A stretch of DNA of 64,000 nt from Gammaproteobacteria bacterium RIFCSPHIGHO2_12_FULL_35_23. Lineage in GTDB: Bacteria > Pseudomonadota > Gammaproteobacteria > UBA12402. The position numbers and the translations under genes were made by a program. Positions 50,938-60,863 of this stretch are shown one piece after another (position 1 is the first letter of the stretch; each line of letters opens with the position of its first letter). The stretch is taken from positions 3,809 to 67,808 of the forward strand of contig MGXT01000023.1 of assembly GCA_001801465.1 (NCBI GenBank). Direction: 5' to 3'. The notes below the pieces were generated by a model, which was not told where the DNA came from, made no database searches, and saw nothing but the letters and a program-made list of their open reading frames with translations.

Positions 50938-52350
50938 CTAAGCCCTACGACTAGGTTTAGTCATTGTTTCCGGTTTTACTATTCGATCAAATTCTGCTTC
51001 ACTTAATAAACCCAACTCTAAACATGATTGTTTTAAAGTTAAATCTTTAATATGAGCATTATGAGCGGCTTTTGCTGCATTATCGTAACCAATAGTTGGT
51101 GCTAATGCTGTAACTAACATTAGAGAATTATTAACAAAATAATTAATTTTCTTTTTGTCGGCTTTAAGTCCTTCAATACAATATTTAGTAAAAGTCGTAC
51201 AAACATCGGCAAGTAAAGTTAATGAGTGTAAAAAGTTAAAAATTATCACTGGCTTAAATACATTAAGCTCAAAGTTTCCTTGCGAACCTGCAAAACCAAT
51301 TGCAGCATCATTACCCATAACCTGCACACAAACCATTGTCATGGCTTCGCACTGAGTTGGGTTAACTTTCCCTGGCATAATAGATGAACCAGGTTCATTT
51401 TCAGGAAGAATTAGCTCTCCTAAACCACAGCGAGGACCAGAACCAAGCCAGCGTACATCGTTAGCAATTTTCATCAAAGCAGCAGCCAGGCTTTTTAAAG
51501 CTCCACTTGCCGATACTAAGGCATCATGCGCTGCCAGATTAGCAAATTTGTTAACTGCTGTTACAAAAGGTAATCCTGTTAATTCAGCAATTTTCTTGGC
51601 CACTCGTTTAGCAAATTCAGGATGTGCATTAAGCCCAGTTCCCACTGCAGTACCTCCTGCAGCTAACTGATATAAATCTGGTAGCACTGATTTAATTCTT
51701 TTAATGCAAGCATCTAATTGTGCCACATAACCTGAAAACTCCTGCTCTAATGTTAAAGGTACAGCGTCTTGTAAGTGCGTACGACCAATTTTGACGATTT
51801 TACTAAATTCTTTTTGTTTTTTTGCTAAAGTATCACGCAGTTTTTTTATGGCAGGTAATAATTTATTAACTAACTGGCTAGCTGCTGCAATATGCATTGC
51901 AGTTGGGAAAGTATCGTTTGATGATTGCGACATGTTAACATGGTCATTGGGATGAACTGGATTTTTACTACCTAATTTACCTCCAGAAATTTGAATCGCT
52001 CGATTCGCAATAACTTCATTAACGTTCATATTGGTCTGTGTACCACTACCTGTTTGCCAAATATGTAAAGGAAACTGATCATCGTGTTTGCCAGCAATAA
52101 TTTCTTCTGCCGCTTGAATAATTAATTTAGCTTTTTCTTTAGGCAGAATTTTTAACTCTGAATTAGTCAAGGCAGCAGCTTTTTTGAGATATCCAAATGC
52201 GTGAATAAGCTCTAAAGGCATTAAATCATGACCAATTGGAAAATGAATCAGAGAACGCATGGTTTGAGCACCCCATAACACATCACTGGGTACTTCAATT
52301 TTACCCATGCTATCAGTTTCAACCCTCATACTCGGTTTATTAGCTGCCAT
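50938..52350 (-). CDS. fumC: class II fumarate hydratase
   Basis: Fumarate-lyase signature [17 protein letters not shown]. 470 aa, collinear with FumC. Confidence 0.95.
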   Translation of the reverse strand: MAANKPSMRVETDSMGKIEVPSDVLWGAQTMRSLIHFPIGHDLMPLELIHAFGYLKKAAALTNSELKILPKEKAKLIIQAAEEIIAGKHDDQFPLHIWQTGSGTQTNMNVNEVIANRAIQISGGKLGSKNPVHPNDHVNMSQSSNDTFPTAMHIAAASQLVNKLLPAIKKLRDTLAKKQKEFSKIVKIGRTHLQDAVPLTLEQEFSGYVAQLDACIKRIKSVLPDLYQLAAGGTAVGTGLNAHPEFAKRVAKKIAELTGLPFVTAVNKFANLAAHDALVSASGALKSLAAALMKIANDVRWLGSGPRCGLGELILPENEPGSSIMPGKVNPTQCEAMTMVCVQVMGNDAAIGFAGSQGNFELNVFKPVIIFNFLHSLTLLADVCTTFTKYCIEGLKADKKKINYFVNNSLMLVTALAPTIGYDNAAKAAHNAHIKDLTLKQSCLELGLLSEAEFDRIVKPETMTKPSRRA

Positions 52351-52383
52351 GATATTTCCCTCTTTGCTCTAATATTAAAAAAT

Positions 52384-55014
52384 TCAATCTTCTAAACTCT
52401 TACTAACAATTTCTAATACATCCGTTGATAAACTTGGACTTGTTTTAATCCGTATCAATTGATCTTTCATTAACTGTTGCCGCACTTCATCAAATTTACG
52501 CCATTGTGAAAGAACAGTAACCAATCTTGCTGCTCCCATAGGATTAATCTTGTCTAACTGAATTATTTGTTCAGTTATGAACTCATAACTTTTGCCATCT
52601 TTGGTATGAAAACATTCAAAATTTCTTACAAAAGAACCTAATAAAGCTCTGACTTTATTAGGATTCTTAATATTAAATGCGGGGTGTTTTAACAGAGTTT
52701 TTACTCTTTCTAAGGTATTAGAACCTATTATTCTGGCTTGAACAGCAAACCATTTATCAATAACCAGATGATCACTTTGCCATTTCTGGTAAAACATCTC
52801 TAGTACTTCCTGCTGATAATTAACATTATAAATCACCAGAACACACAACGCTGCATATTCATCAGTCATATTGTTAGCTGCTTTAAATTGCTCATACCCT
52901 AATTGACCATAAGCATCTTCTTTGGCAAGTATTAAATAAAATAATGCGATATTTTTTAAAGCACGCTCAGCTGCTCTATGACTATTATATTCATAAGGTT
53001 TTTGAGTTAGGTTTTCTTTATAAACTACCAATAACTCTGTTTGCAGAGTTTCAGCAATTGTGTTTTGTAAAAATTTTCTAGCAGAAACCAAAGCTTCCAC
53101 GTCAATTTTATCAACGAGTTCTATTAAATAATTTATTTCAGGCAAAGTAAACATTTCAGCAACTAAAGCTTTATCGACTTTTCTGTCTTTTAGTAACGTG
53201 TTTAAACTATCAAGATACTGTTGAGGCTTAGTCAACTTTTCTTTTGCCTGATACTGCTTCATCAATTTAAATAAGACTAAAGTTGCTAATTGTTGACTAG
53301 CTTCCCAGCGGGCAACAGCATCATTATCTTTCGCCATTAAAAAGGCGAGCTCTTCTTCAGAATAATTATACTCTAATTTAACTGGCGCTGAAAAATGACG
53401 TAACAATGAAGGAATTGGTTTCTCTGCAATATTAATAAAAGTAAACTCTTTATCTTTTTCTGTGAAATTAATTACATAAGTTTTACTACTAGTCAAATCC
53501 TGTCTACTTTGCAATGGTATATCTTCACCCGCTTTATTAAGCAGACCAAATGCAAAAGGAATATGTAGAGGATCTTTATGAGGCTGACCAGGTGTGGGTA
53601 AACAACTTTGTTGCAAGCGAATACGATAACTAGCTTTTTCTTGATCATAAGCAGTTGTTACTTTAATAATAGGGGTTCCAGCCTGGTTATACCATTTTTT
53701 AAACAAAGTTAGATCGATGTCACTTGCATCTTGTAGTGCTTGCACAAAATCATCACAGCTTACTGCCTTACCGTCATTACGGCTGAAATAGAGATCTGTG
53801 CCTTTTCGAAACTTTTCAGGGCCTAAAATAGTCTGCAACATACGAATAACTTCAGCCCCTTTTTCATAAATAGTAACAGTATAGAAATTATTAATTTCCA
53901 TGTAAGAATCAGGGCGAACAGAATGTGCTAAAGGACCGGCATCTTCTGGAAATTGAAAAGTACGAAATTTTTTTATTTGCTCAATCCGCTGAATGGCTTT
54001 GGACCCTACTGCTTCAGAAAAAGAATGATCACGAAAAACGGTAAAGCCTTCTTTTAAACTTAATTGAAACCAGTCTCTAACTGTTACTCGATTACCTGAC
54101 CAATTATGAAAATATTCATGACCAACCACTGCATCAATATTACTATAGTCCAAATCAGTCGCGGTTTTAGAATCAACAAGAATATATTTATCATTAAAAA
54201 TATTTAAGCCTTTATTCTCCATAGCGCCAAAATTAAAATCATTGACAGCAACAATCATAAAAATATCTAAATCATACTCTCGACCGTAAATTTCTTCATC
54301 CCATTTCATGGCTTTTTTTAATGCTTGCATAGCATAATGACATTTAGCAATGACGTTTCTTGCTGCAAAGATCCTTAAAGTAACTTTTCTTTTTGAACAA
54401 GTAACAAAATAATCTTCAATCACAGCAAGATTGCCAGCAATCATAGCAAATAAATAACAAGGCTTTTTAAAAGGATCGTGCCATTTTGCATAATGACGAC
54501 CCTCTTTTAAATTACCCTTCTCAATCAAATTACCATTTGATAACAAGACAGGATATTTTTCTTTTTTAGCAATAACCGTCGTGGTAAATACCGCCATGAC
54601 ATCGGGACGATCAATATAATAACTAATTCTTCGAAAACCCTCTGCCTCACACTGCGTACAAAAATTGCCACCCGAATTATAAAGGCCCATCAAAGCTACA
54701 TTCTCTTGGGGGTTAATTTTGCTTGTTAATTCAAGAATAAATTCATCAGGCGTATTAACAACTGTTAAGCTGTCATGCGTTAACTGATAATGATCAGCAG
54801 TTAAAGTTTTGGTGTTTAGCTTGACTTCTAGTAGTTCTTGATTTTCTCCATTGAGAATAAGCGTACTAGCTGGATCATTAGGATTAACTTTAACAAATAA
54901 TTTGCTGTAAACAAGCACATAATCTTCAAATAAATCAATAGTTAATTCTACTTTATCAATCCAGTGAGCAGGTTGTTTATAATTTTTACGATATTTTATT
55001 TCTGAATTAGACAC
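52384..55014 (-). CDS. pepN: aminopeptidase N (M1 family)
   Basis: GAMEN exopeptidase motif and the zinc motif HEYFHNWSGNRVT-x-E. 876 aa. Confidence 0.95.
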   Translation of the reverse strand: MSNSEIKYRKNYKQPAHWIDKVELTIDLFEDYVLVYSKLFVKVNPNDPASTLILNGENQELLEVKLNTKTLTADHYQLTHDSLTVVNTPDEFILELTSKINPQENVALMGLYNSGGNFCTQCEAEGFRRISYYIDRPDVMAVFTTTVIAKKEKYPVLLSNGNLIEKGNLKEGRHYAKWHDPFKKPCYLFAMIAGNLAVIEDYFVTCSKRKVTLRIFAARNVIAKCHYAMQALKKAMKWDEEIYGREYDLDIFMIVAVNDFNFGAMENKGLNIFNDKYILVDSKTATDLDYSNIDAVVGHEYFHNWSGNRVTVRDWFQLSLKEGFTVFRDHSFSEAVGSKAIQRIEQIKKFRTFQFPEDAGPLAHSVRPDSYMEINNFYTVTIYEKGAEVIRMLQTILGPEKFRKGTDLYFSRNDGKAVSCDDFVQALQDASDIDLTLFKKWYNQAGTPIIKVTTAYDQEKASYRIRLQQSCLPTPGQPHKDPLHIPFAFGLLNKAGEDIPLQSRQDLTSSKTYVINFTEKDKEFTFINIAEKPIPSLLRHFSAPVKLEYNYSEEELAFLMAKDNDAVARWEASQQLATLVLFKLMKQYQAKEKLTKPQQYLDSLNTLLKDRKVDKALVAEMFTLPEINYLIELVDKIDVEALVSARKFLQNTIAETLQTELLVVYKENLTQKPYEYNSHRAAERALKNIALFYLILAKEDAYGQLGYEQFKAANNMTDEYAALCVLVIYNVNYQQEVLEMFYQKWQSDHLVIDKWFAVQARIIGSNTLERVKTLLKHPAFNIKNPNKVRALLGSFVRNFECFHTKDGKSYEFITEQIIQLDKINPMGAARLVTVLSQWRKFDEVRQQLMKDQLIRIKTSPSLSTDVLEIVSKSLED

Positions 55015-55097
55015 GATACTTCCTATTCAATATTGGTAATAAATTAGTATAGCGATTCTCTTATCAAACTACAAAAATTTCAATTGCTTTTAGTATA

Positions 55098-55808
55098 TTA
55101 ATCGGTAGTTTCCCATAAATTTATTTTATCAGGATTCACCAATGTCTTAACAATATCTTGATGAGATAAAAGCTCTTCAGGTGTAGGTTTGATAATAATT
55201 AAATTTTCGCGAATACGCTTTGGCACAGATACCTGGCCATCGATTTGAGCTGTAGTTTCTTGAGCTAAGCCTTCAACAAATAAACTTGCTTGACCTCCGG
55301 TCATAGCAAGATAAACTTGCGCTAAAATTTCAGCGTCAAGTAAGGCACCGTGCAACTCACGTTGAGAGTTATCAATTCGATAACGCTTGCAAAGTGCATC
55401 CAAACTGTTACGTTGACCTGGATGAGTTTTTCTTGCTAATACCAAGGTATCAAATACCTGACAAATTTGTTGAACTCTTTTTATCTCTGCTTTAATTAAT
55501 TTTAGCTCATAATCTATAAAACCAATATCAAAGGGAGCATTATGAATAATCAACTCAGCACCAGAAATAAAGTTGATAAAATGGCTAACTATTTCTTTAA
55601 AGCAAGGCTTGTTACTTAAAAATTCATTTGTAATACCATGGACTGCTAAAGCTTCTTGCTCTACCTCTCGTTCTGGATTGATATATTCATGAAAATGACG
55701 CCCTGTTAATCTTCTATCAATTAACTCTACACCACCAATTTCAATAATTCGATGGCCCAACTTAGGGTCTAAACCAGTCGTTTCCGTGTCTAATACAATT
55801 TGTCTCAT
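55098..55808 (-). CDS. dnaQ: DNA polymerase III epsilon subunit (3'-5' proofreading exonuclease)
   Basis: Exo I VLDTETTGLDP, Exo II HNAPFDIGF and Exo III HGALLDAEILAQVY. Confidence 0.9.
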   Translation of the reverse strand: MRQIVLDTETTGLDPKLGHRIIEIGGVELIDRRLTGRHFHEYINPEREVEQEALAVHGITNEFLSNKPCFKEIVSHFINFISGAELIIHNAPFDIGFIDYELKLIKAEIKRVQQICQVFDTLVLARKTHPGQRNSLDALCKRYRIDNSQRELHGALLDAEILAQVYLAMTGGQASLFVEGLAQETTAQIDGQVSVPKRIRENLIIIKPTPEELLSHQDIVKTLVNPDKINLWETTD

Positions 55809-55809
55809 C

Positions 55810-56253
55810 TTAAAGCCCTATTAATTCATCTATACCTTGATTAGCTAATCGATCCGCTTGCTCATTATCAGGATGACCATTATGCCCTTTTACCCAACGC
55901 CAATCAATTTCATGAAGCTTAACTAAAGCTACTAACTGCTGCCATAAATCTACATTTTTTACAGGTTTTTTATTACTTGTACGCCAATCGTTAAGTTGCC
56001 ATTGTGTAATCCACTCGGTAATCCCTCGTCGTAAATATTCAGAATCTGTCGTTAAAATAATTTTTGATGGGCGTTTGATTGCTATCAAAGCAGCAATAGC
56101 TGCCATCAATTCCATACGATTATTGGTCGTTAATCTTTCACCCCCGTACAGAAACTTTTCTTTATCCCCATAACGTAAAACTGCCCCCCATCCTCCTGGC
56201 CCAGGATTACCACGACAAGCCCCATCTGTAAAAATCTCAATCACATGCTTCAT
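55810..56253 (-). CDS. rnhA: ribonuclease HI
   Basis: [18 protein letters not shown] and the catalytic DEDD arrangement. 147 aa. Confidence 0.9.
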   Translation of the reverse strand: MKHVIEIFTDGACRGNPGPGGWGAVLRYGDKEKFLYGGERLTTNNRMELMAAIAALIAIKRPSKIILTTDSEYLRRGITEWITQWQLNDWRTSNKKPVKNVDLWQQLVALVKLHEIDWRWVKGHNGHPDNEQADRLANQGIDELIGL

Positions 56254-57014
56254 ATTTTATGTTGTTCCTGCTCTGCCAAGGTTGTCGTAGGAGTTGTAAT
56301 GGCACTATTTTTTAAAACTTTAGGAACCTCATGCCATTTTAAACGTAATGGTGTTACCCCATAGACTCGTTTTTTAGCAACAAGCATATAAACCGCACCT
56401 GAAAAAGGTAATAAAACTCTAAAAAATGCTTCTAAAAAAGCTAGCTTTTTAAATAATCCAAAGCGTTTAGCATGCGGTCTATACAAAAATCTTTTTGTTA
56501 ATACAACTTCGTAATTAAGTAAGGTAAGCAAATCTTTTATATGCCAAATTGAATGAAAGTTACCACACCAAGGCACTTTAAACCGCATTGAAAAAATTCT
56601 CCTTAGCCCCCACAAACTGTAGGGATTAAAACCAAGCACTACCATATAGCCCTCTGGCTGCAAACAGATATTAGCTTCTCTTAAAATGTGACTGGTACGT
56701 TTACTAAAATCTAAAGTATGGGGTAATAAAATAAAATCAACACTACATGGTAATAAAGGAATTTCATCAGGATGGGCAACAATACAATGACAGGTTTTAT
56801 TAGTAGAAGAAATATCGGGTGTAACAAGTAGTGATTGTTTTGCTGGTGAGCTAGTAAGGAAGGCCTGTTGTTCGGCAGCACCTATCACTACCATACAGTT
56901 AGCCGACTTACCGTACTTTAATTTTTTTACTGCCTTAACCTCAATATTTAATACCTCTCTGCCTGTCTCGGTACTTAGCCAATTATTAAATTTTTCATGC
57001 AAATTTTTTTTCAT
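56250..57014 (-). CDS. class I SAM-dependent methyltransferase (YafS-like, classically found between gloB and rnhA)
   Basis: 254 aa. Its stop overlaps the rnhA start by 4 nt (ATGA), which suggests a methyltransferase-rnhA-dnaQ operon. Confidence 0.65.
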   Translation of the reverse strand: MKKNLHEKFNNWLSTETGREVLNIEVKAVKKLKYGKSANCMVVIGAAEQQAFLTSSPAKQSLLVTPDISSTNKTCHCIVAHPDEIPLLPCSVDFILLPHTLDFSKRTSHILREANICLQPEGYMVVLGFNPYSLWGLRRIFSMRFKVPWCGNFHSIWHIKDLLTLLNYEVVLTKRFLYRPHAKRFGLFKKLAFLEAFFRVLLPFSGAVYMLVAKKRVYGVTPLRLKWHEVPKVLKNSAITTPTTTLAEQEQHKI

Positions 57015-57072
57015 TTAATATATTTTCTCACAGTAACTATACAGCAATCGAATATTTCTTTATGCTTTAGAA

Positions 57073-57843
57073 ATGATAGATGTTATTCCCATTCCGGCTT
57101 TTAAAGATAATTATATCTGGGTTTTAATTAATAAAACGACTAATCAATGTATTGGTGTTGACCCAGGTGATGCAACCCCTTTGCTAGATTTTTTAGCACA
57201 ACATCAATTAACACTATCGGCTATTTTTATTACCCACCACCATCCTGATCATATTGGTGGTATAGCTACTATCCTAAAAGATCATCAAGTACCTGTCTAT
57301 GGACCTCGTAAAGAAAATATCTCTTTTTGTACTCATCCATTAATCGAAAATGATATGGTCAGCATTCAATCATGGCCAGTAGAGTTTTTGATTAAAGAAG
57401 TCCCTGGGCACACCCTTGGGCATATTTTTTTCTATAGCAAACCTTGGTTATTCTGCGGTGACACACTATTTAGTATAGGCTGCGGCAGATTATTTGAAGG
57501 CAGCCCTGAGCAAATGTACAGCTCTTTAAAAAAAATTACTGAGCTACCGGATGAAACACAAATTTATTGTACTCATGAGTACACACTAAATAACATTAAA
57601 TTTGCGCAAAAAGTAGACCCTAATAATGAGAACCTTAACCAATATCAGCATCATTGCCAAATTTTACGTGCTAAAAATTTGCCTACTTTGCCTAGTAATT
57701 TAGCTTTAGAAAAAGCCTGTAACCCTTTTTTACGCTGTACCAATGCACTCATCAAAAAAACTGTTGAAGATTACTGCCACCAAAAATTCGATACCTCTGT
57801 CCAAATTTTTGCAGCATTACGCGCTTGGAAAGACAAATTTTGA
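57073..57843 (+). CDS. gloB: hydroxyacylglutathione hydrolase (glyoxalase II)
   Basis: Metallo-beta-lactamase motif THHHPDHIGG. 256 aa, collinear with GloB. Confidence 0.9.
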   Translation: MIDVIPIPAFKDNYIWVLINKTTNQCIGVDPGDATPLLDFLAQHQLTLSAIFITHHHPDHIGGIATILKDHQVPVYGPRKENISFCTHPLIENDMVSIQSWPVEFLIKEVPGHTLGHIFFYSKPWLFCGDTLFSIGCGRLFEGSPEQMYSSLKKITELPDETQIYCTHEYTLNNIKFAQKVDPNNENLNQYQHHCQILRAKNLPTLPSNLALEKACNPFLRCTNALIKKTVEDYCHQKFDTSVQIFAALRAWKDKF

Positions 57844-57931
57844 TCTAATTTTGTAACAAAAGCTATTTTTAATTGCTGTAAACTCCAATCTGATGCACAA
57901 TACGCCACTTTATATGATTAATAAAATCAAA

Positions 57932-59770
57932 ATGAGAAATTGGCTAACAAGGCTGTTAAAAATTCTGCTAGTAACTGCACTGATGGGAACCTTAGCAGCT
58001 TGCGCAACTAATGACAGTTATACAAGTGGCTTAGGTGAAGGCAGTATACAAGAAGTTATTGAATATAAATCAGCCCCTGATTTATGGCAAGACTTAAGTA
58101 GTAATTTTAATTTGCCTCAAGAAACTGCTAATAACCCTGCCGTTAAAGAACAATTAGATTGGTATGTCGCTCATCCTGGTTATCTACATCGTACCTTTAT
58201 GCGTGCTAAGCCCTACTTATACTATATCTTCCAGCAAGTAAAAAGGCGCGGCCTTCCTGCAGAAATTGCACTGATGCCAATGGTTGAAAGTGCTTATAAC
58301 CCATTTGCGATTAATATGGGCAGCGGGGCTTCTGGTCTCTGGCAAATGGTAACAGGTACTGCTTTAGGCTTTGGTTTAAATGTTAACTGGTGGTATGACG
58401 GTCGACGCGACATTGTTGCTTCAACCAATGCTGCTCTAGATTATCTTGCTTATTTAGGTAATTTCTTTAATGGTGATTGGCTCTTAGCGATTGCTGCCTA
58501 CGATACTGGCGAAGGTAATGTCCAACATGCTATCAATAATAATGCTAGAGTAGGTAAAGATACTGATTTCTGGCATTTAACATTACCACGTGAAACCCAA
58601 TATTATGTTCCCAAAGTCTTAGCGCTTGCTGTACTGATCAAAAATCCTGAACGTTATGGCATCAAACTTCCTTATGTTCCAGATGCCCCTTATCTAGCAC
58701 AAGTCAATGTAGGTACACAAATTGATCTTCACACTGCTGCAAAAATGGCTGGCATCAGTCTACAAGAATTTACTACTCTTAACCCTGGTTTTAATCGTTC
58801 AGCTACTGCTCCAAACGGCCCTTTCAAAATCTTATTGCCACTTTCAAAAGTTCAACATTTTGAATCTAACTTAAGACAATCAACGGGGAGCTCTACGCAG
58901 CTAATAGTTCATCATGTAACAGTTGAACCAGGTGACACCTTAAATAGTATTGCTAGACGTTACCATACTACAGTAGATTTAATTGAAAAAGCCAATTCCT
59001 TAACTTCACATACCTTAAAACCTGGACAAGATCTTATCATATCTAACCAACCAGAAGTGACTGGGCTAGGTGCCGATCAGTATACTAAGTCTTTATATAA
59101 TATTCCTGAACCTGATGTCATTCATTATACCGTAAGACCTGGCGAAACGTTATTTTCACTCGCCAGAAAATTTAGAGTTACCCCTAACGATATAGTATTT
59201 TGGAACAGCTTAAAATCAGAGCAAATTTTACCTGGTAGCACACTTGCTATTTTCCCACCGCCTCCACCCAAAGAACGACCTACTATTATAACGCATGTAT
59301 TAACCTATCGTGTTAGACCTGGTGACGATTTAACCCAAATTGCGAAACGTTTTCATGTTTCTGCGAGTTTGTTACAAAGAGAAAATAATTTGCACGGAAA
59401 TAATATTCGGGTAGGACAAATTTTACGAATTCCTGGCACTGTGATTCATATTATACCTGAAAGATATGAAACTACCCCGACTAGAAAACTTAGCCCTCAC
59501 GAATCAGCTATAAGATCATCTACTGCTTTGGTAGATAAAGCGCACTATGCTAAAAAAATAAACATAAAGACCCCTGCTCGTATTGCTAGCTACCATCAAG
59601 TAGCAGTACGTTCAAAGGAAAAGCCAGCTACTCATTATCAAGTAAAACATGGTGATACCCTTTATTCCATTGCCAGACGATTTAATATGTCCCCAGAATA
59701 TTTAATGAAAATAAATCATATTAGCAGTCCTAAGCAATTATATGCTGGCCGCTCTTTAAATGTTAATTAA
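57932..59770 (+). CDS. mltD: membrane-bound lytic murein transglycosylase D with three C-terminal LysM domains
   Basis: Lipoprotein signal with LAAC lipobox. SLT catalytic region ESAYNPFAINMGSGASGLWQ and three LysM repeats (VEPGDTLNSIARRY; VRPGETLFSLARKF; VRPGDDLTQIAKRF) plus a fourth degenerate one (VKHGDTLYSIARRF). Confidence 0.85.
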   Translation: MRNWLTRLLKILLVTALMGTLAACATNDSYTSGLGEGSIQEVIEYKSAPDLWQDLSSNFNLPQETANNPAVKEQLDWYVAHPGYLHRTFMRAKPYLYYIFQQVKRRGLPAEIALMPMVESAYNPFAINMGSGASGLWQMVTGTALGFGLNVNWWYDGRRDIVASTNAALDYLAYLGNFFNGDWLLAIAAYDTGEGNVQHAINNNARVGKDTDFWHLTLPRETQYYVPKVLALAVLIKNPERYGIKLPYVPDAPYLAQVNVGTQIDLHTAAKMAGISLQEFTTLNPGFNRSATAPNGPFKILLPLSKVQHFESNLRQSTGSSTQLIVHHVTVEPGDTLNSIARRYHTTVDLIEKANSLTSHTLKPGQDLIISNQPEVTGLGADQYTKSLYNIPEPDVIHYTVRPGETLFSLARKFRVTPNDIVFWNSLKSEQILPGSTLAIFPPPPPKERPTIITHVLTYRVRPGDDLTQIAKRFHVSASLLQRENNLHGNNIRVGQILRIPGTVIHIIPERYETTPTRKLSPHESAIRSSTALVDKAHYAKKINIKTPARIASYHQVAVRSKEKPATHYQVKHGDTLYSIARRFNMSPEYLMKINHISSPKQLYAGRSLNVN

Positions 59771-60337
59771 TTAAACTTGCCACAAAGTTTCAGACTCACC
59801 CATTTTTAAAGCAACATATCGTGCCATGACAAATAACCAATCGCTTAATCGATTCAAATAAACAATAATGGTTTCCTCTAAGGGTTCAGCTTCAGCCAAA
59901 CTTAATATTTCTCTTTCAGCACGCCGGCACACACTTCTGGTGATATGTAAACGTGTACTCACCTCTCCTCCACCAGGTAAAATAAAAGAGGTTAAATTAG
60001 ATAACTCCTCATTATATTGATCAATTTCTTGCTCTAATCTTTCAATGTCTTTCATCTGAATAATTGGTGTATTAGCCCGTCGATAGCTAGGTAATACAGC
60101 TAGTTGTGAACCAAGATTAAAAAGTTCTTGCTGAATTTGTCGCATTAGTAACAACAAGGCTTGTAAATTTGTTTCAGTTTTAAGCACTTGAATACTCCAA
60201 CCCAAAAATGAATTTAATTCATCCACCTCTCCAATAGCCTTTATTCGTAATGAGGATTTTTTTACTCGTAAACCAGCCGCTAAATGTGTCTCACCTTGAT
60301 CTCCTAGTCGAGTATAAACTTTAGTTATTTTCACCAT
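59771..60337 (-). CDS. PduO-type ATP:cob(I)alamin adenosyltransferase
   Basis: KVYTRLGDQGETHLAAGLRVKKSSLRIKAIGEVDELNSFLG matches the MMAB/PduO N-terminus. Start chosen at the internal Met (MVKITKVYT); the longest ORF extends to 60388. Confidence 0.75.
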   Translation of the reverse strand: MVKITKVYTRLGDQGETHLAAGLRVKKSSLRIKAIGEVDELNSFLGWSIQVLKTETNLQALLLLMRQIQQELFNLGSQLAVLPSYRRANTPIIQMKDIERLEQEIDQYNEELSNLTSFILPGGGEVSTRLHITRSVCRRAEREILSLAEAEPLEETIIVYLNRLSDWLFVMARYVALKMGESETLWQV

Positions 60338-60487
60338 TTTTATTAATCCTAATTTAAAGAAAGTAGCCTTAAGTAATTTTTCTAACACTAGTTTAACTTC
60401 ATTTACAGTAAAAGCTATTAACTCTACTTTTTCTTACTAAGTAACTATTTGTTTTACAAATTAAGGTTCACGTTACTCACATTTTCT

Positions 60488-60496
60488 GTGGATAAC
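60488..60496 (-). promoter_or_regulatory. single perfect DnaA box (TTATCCACA) in the intergenic region upstream of the nuclease gene
   Basis: The plus strand reads TGTGGATAA, the reverse complement of TTATCCACA. There is only one copy, so it is not an origin on its own. Confidence 0.25.
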
Positions 60497-60863
60497 TTTG
60501 TTAGTAATACTGGGATTTATCCCGCAAAGCGGCATTTCACCATACTTTTTACAAATTGAATAAACTCTAGCCATTAAAAATTTTACTTAATAATCAAATA
60601 GTTATAATAATGTTTCTTTTTTAACTGTCTCTCTTACGCAACTGCTTAATAAAAAATCGAGTCAGTGCATAATTGTGTAAAAAGGCTTACAAACGCTTAG
60701 CAATTTAGTCATTATTTTAACCGAATAATCTTTTTTGTTTAGCTTTTACACTTAAGTGAGGCCATTTATTAAAGCCTATAACATTTTCTTAAAGACAGCC
60801 TAGATGCTTTAATCTATTCTAACTAAGAATAAAAAGTCCAAGCTGAGATTTGATATAATCACT

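Noticed and set aside
51155-51355. 66-aa ORF antisense to fumC
   Set aside because: It lies inside fumC.
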